A stretch of 64,000 bases of DNA, taken from positions 3,268,866 through 3,332,865 of the forward strand of contig MU053379.1 of NCBI GenBank assembly GCA_013239625.1, given 5' to 3'. The notes below the pieces were generated by a model. The model did not search any database. It was not told the DNA's origin and saw only the letters and a program-made list of their open reading frames with translations. Source of the DNA: Lama guanicoe (Eukaryota). The translations under genes and the position numbers were made by a program. This document shows, in pieces, positions 61,346 through 64,000 of the stretch; the stretch's first letter is position 1; each line of letters starts with the position of its first letter.

Positions 61346-64000
61346 AACCTGCTACGTCTTTATATCCCACACACACGTGCACACTCTCGCTCTCTTTGAC
61401 ACACTTGCTGAATGATTTGGATTCCCTTGAAAGCACCGCATTATCTCCTCCCTCCTTCAGCTAGAAGGCCTCTGTCCCTGCCTCCTGCCTGGCGTCTGTG
61501 TCATAGTGAGCTTGCTAGGCACTTCCCTCGGTGCCGTCCTCGTTTCCGTGTCTGTCTGCCCACCTCACGGCCAGCTCCGCATCTGCCGTCCCAGCGCGCT
61601 CCGTGTCTGGCCCAGAGCGTGTCCTGGAGTGCGCACCCAGTAAGCACTCACTGAAGTTTTCCCCGTTTCTGTCCTCTCTTATGGACCATGGACAGCTGAG
61701 TGAGAACGGAGGTGATGCTGACTGTGCCCCATGGTGTTCCTCCAGAAGCATTTGTGTTTAATAGCAGAGGCGTTCTGTAGATAGAATGTCATTATTTAAA
61801 GATGTGGTTCTTACTGAAAATTCTGTCATCAGGTTCTATGTGCCTGTAGAGGGTAAAATTTGAGGAGAGCAAATGTTTTGAGCTCTTACTCACTTCCTCC
61901 TAATTGTTGTGACAGCCACTGTGGGCAGACATGACCTTCAGGCTCCTGGAGGACAAAGTCTGGAGCAGATCCCATTTTACCAACCAAATGTTTTGCCTGT
62001 TAATGTGTACTGGTTGAATAAATAAATATCCCACCATATCTGCTGGTAAAAACTCAACATCTAAGAAGCCTGTATGCTGGAAAAAAATAGAAGAAAACAC
62101 AAAGACTGTGAATTGTAGCTCCATGTCTCATATTCATCTGAGAATCAAACCAGACAATTTACATAACTCTGTGTAGCCTTTCTTCACCTGTAAATGAGGA
62201 GGCCAAGCCAGCTGATCTTAAAGCCCTGTGCAGCTCTGTAACAGAGAATTACTGTACAGTCCCAAAGACCAACAAAAACAGAAAGCATATGAAAAAAAGG
62301 TAATGGTGGTGCTTTCAGGCAGGTGGTAATGTGACAAAGGGAAATTGAAGAAATGTAAATAAGAATAAAGGAGAACAGAAGGAACATATTGGAAAACGGG
62401 ATGGGTCGTGAGTGTGGAGCTATCCCAGACACAAAAGATCTGCCAGAGCCTTCGCGTCCTCCTCCTATGACCCCAGATCACCGTCAACAGATTTCATGAA
62501 TTGAGCTGAAATGAATTGCCTGTACAGAGTAAGGATGTGAACAGGACAGGCCTCCTATATTTAGGGGCAGCAGCTAGCCCAGGGCCACGAAGCAGTACAG
62601 CACAGAGCCACTTCTTCGTGGGCTGATTCAGTGCTCTTGGGTTTATTAAAACAGATTTTCCTAGGCGAGTTGCTGGATGCAAGGATTGTCCTTAGAGAGG
62701 CTCTGGGCCTGCAGATGCTTCTGGGGCCTGAGTAGTTTGGCCCCTGAAGCAGCCAAGCTGACCATGGGGAATCCAGGCCACATGATGAGGGAATAGGGCC
62801 CGAGTCTGCGCCCGGGAGAAAGGATACAGTGCAAGGCCTGATGTCTCGTGGAGGCAGAAGCAGCACATGGGACCTGATCAGAGAAGAAACGGAATAAAAT
62901 GTGAAAGACTAATGGCTGGAGAAATAGGTGCAGGTAGACACCTGCTCTCCTGCTTCATTAGGCATCTTTAGCTAGCAGGTCTTGGAGAGATTCAACTATG
63001 TAGTGTTTTCCACATAAACTCCCCCTGCCCCCAAAATCATAGCAGAACCCTTTGCTTAACTACAGGTAAAAGAGGAATTGGAACTGGGGAGCCCTGTGGC
63101 TTCTGCAGAGCACAGTTGAAAACCCCTGCTCTCCAGTGTTTAGGAGGTGGGTTGGATGGATAACAACCAAGTACTGCGTATAAAAATAAAAGGCAAAGAA
63201 GACGAAACAGTGCAAATCCATGGGCCTCAATCATGCAGAGTTAGTTTGTATCAGTTACCAACTTACCACAGTAACTATTTCAATTTCAAAGACAACGTAC
63301 AGTTTTTATTTGCATTATTCATTTAGAGGAGTACTTACAATTCAGTAAATTTTTCAGATGCATGGAGAACACTCTACATTGGACTCTTGAAGACACTTCC
63401 TCACTGTTCTTTGTGAAGCCCTAATGCAGTCACCACTTTTTTGCTTCAGTGAAATGAATGGACTAATACTTATATTTCCATGAGAAAGTGCTCTGTCTTT
63501 AGGAGCTGTTACCAAATGATCCCAGAATGAGGAGATCAGGTGTGATGCCCAGTGCATGTTTACAGCTGATCTCAAAGAGCTTTTGTAGCCACAGGAACAA
63601 AGCATTTTTGCTTAAGTTTATTATGTAATAAATCTGTTTGTTTTGTTTATTTTGTAATCTGCCCCTGTCTCTTTTTAAAGATACTTTCTCTTGGAATTTG
63701 TAGAGTATGCCTGTTTAAAGCTCTTGGGTTAAAAATTAAATCTCTCTTGAGTTCAGAGGAGTAGGTATAGAACAGAGAGATATAAATTGTAGTTTCTTAA
63801 TTGCCTTATTTCTTTATCTTTTCTTGGCTTATTTCATCTTTTGTACTGGCCTTATGAAACTTATTTAATTAGGTATCTGTTTATATCAGTGCTGCTATCT
63901 GTTGTGTTAATAGCATTCTAATAGAGAAAAAAGAAATCCCTGCTTAACTGTAATTAAAAATGGGGCAGCTGTAATACCTTTTAAGATATTTTGAGGGAGG

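Larger units (their letters stand above)
60054..61818 (+). repeat. 83-bp direct repeat pair (60054-60136 and 61736-61818)
   Basis: Ungapped alignment with 4 mismatches in 83 nt. Confidence 0.95.

Noticed and set aside
55526..64000. KIZ exon 4 within the window
   Set aside because: No acceptor-flanked segment encoding the expected continuation (recalled as LEYETQIKK-like) was found; it probably lies just downstream.
1..64000. CRISPR arrays, operons or other prokaryotic systems
   Set aside because: The sequence is clearly mammalian and has no repeat-spacer arrays.

Overview
Mammalian genomic DNA, most likely a camelid (inferred from five tRNA-derived SINEs of the Vic-1/camelid type). The window holds the 5' end of KIZ (kizuna, PLK1S1) on the + strand: a CpG-island promoter at about 47.9-48.75 kb and three coding exons (48279-48367, 52376-52438, 55363-55525) that splice into an open 105-codon frame recognisably orthologous to human KIZ. 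No fourth exon was found in the window. The upstream 47 kb has no supportable protein-coding gene. It contains a large repeat-free CpG island (about 27.4-34.6 kb) interleaved with TAAT/octamer-rich blocks, plus several enhancer-like blocks (about 0.7, 9.5 and 18-19.3 kb). From recalled human synteny (RALGAPA2-LINC00237-KIZ-XRN2-NKX2-4-NKX2-2), these probably belong to the NKX2-4/NKX2-2 regulatory landscape and a LINC00237-like lncRNA. The rest is interspersed repeats (L1, MLT/ERVL LTRs, Tigger/MER, MIR, L2) and microsatellites; subfamily names are from memory. No new biological system can be established from the sequence. The best leads are an overlapping uORF that stops exactly at the first codon of KIZ exon 2, a pair of perfect GLI sites in KIZ intron 1, a candidate minus-strand lncRNA first exon, an 83-bp direct duplication in intron 3, and two L1 tails stacked at one target site.
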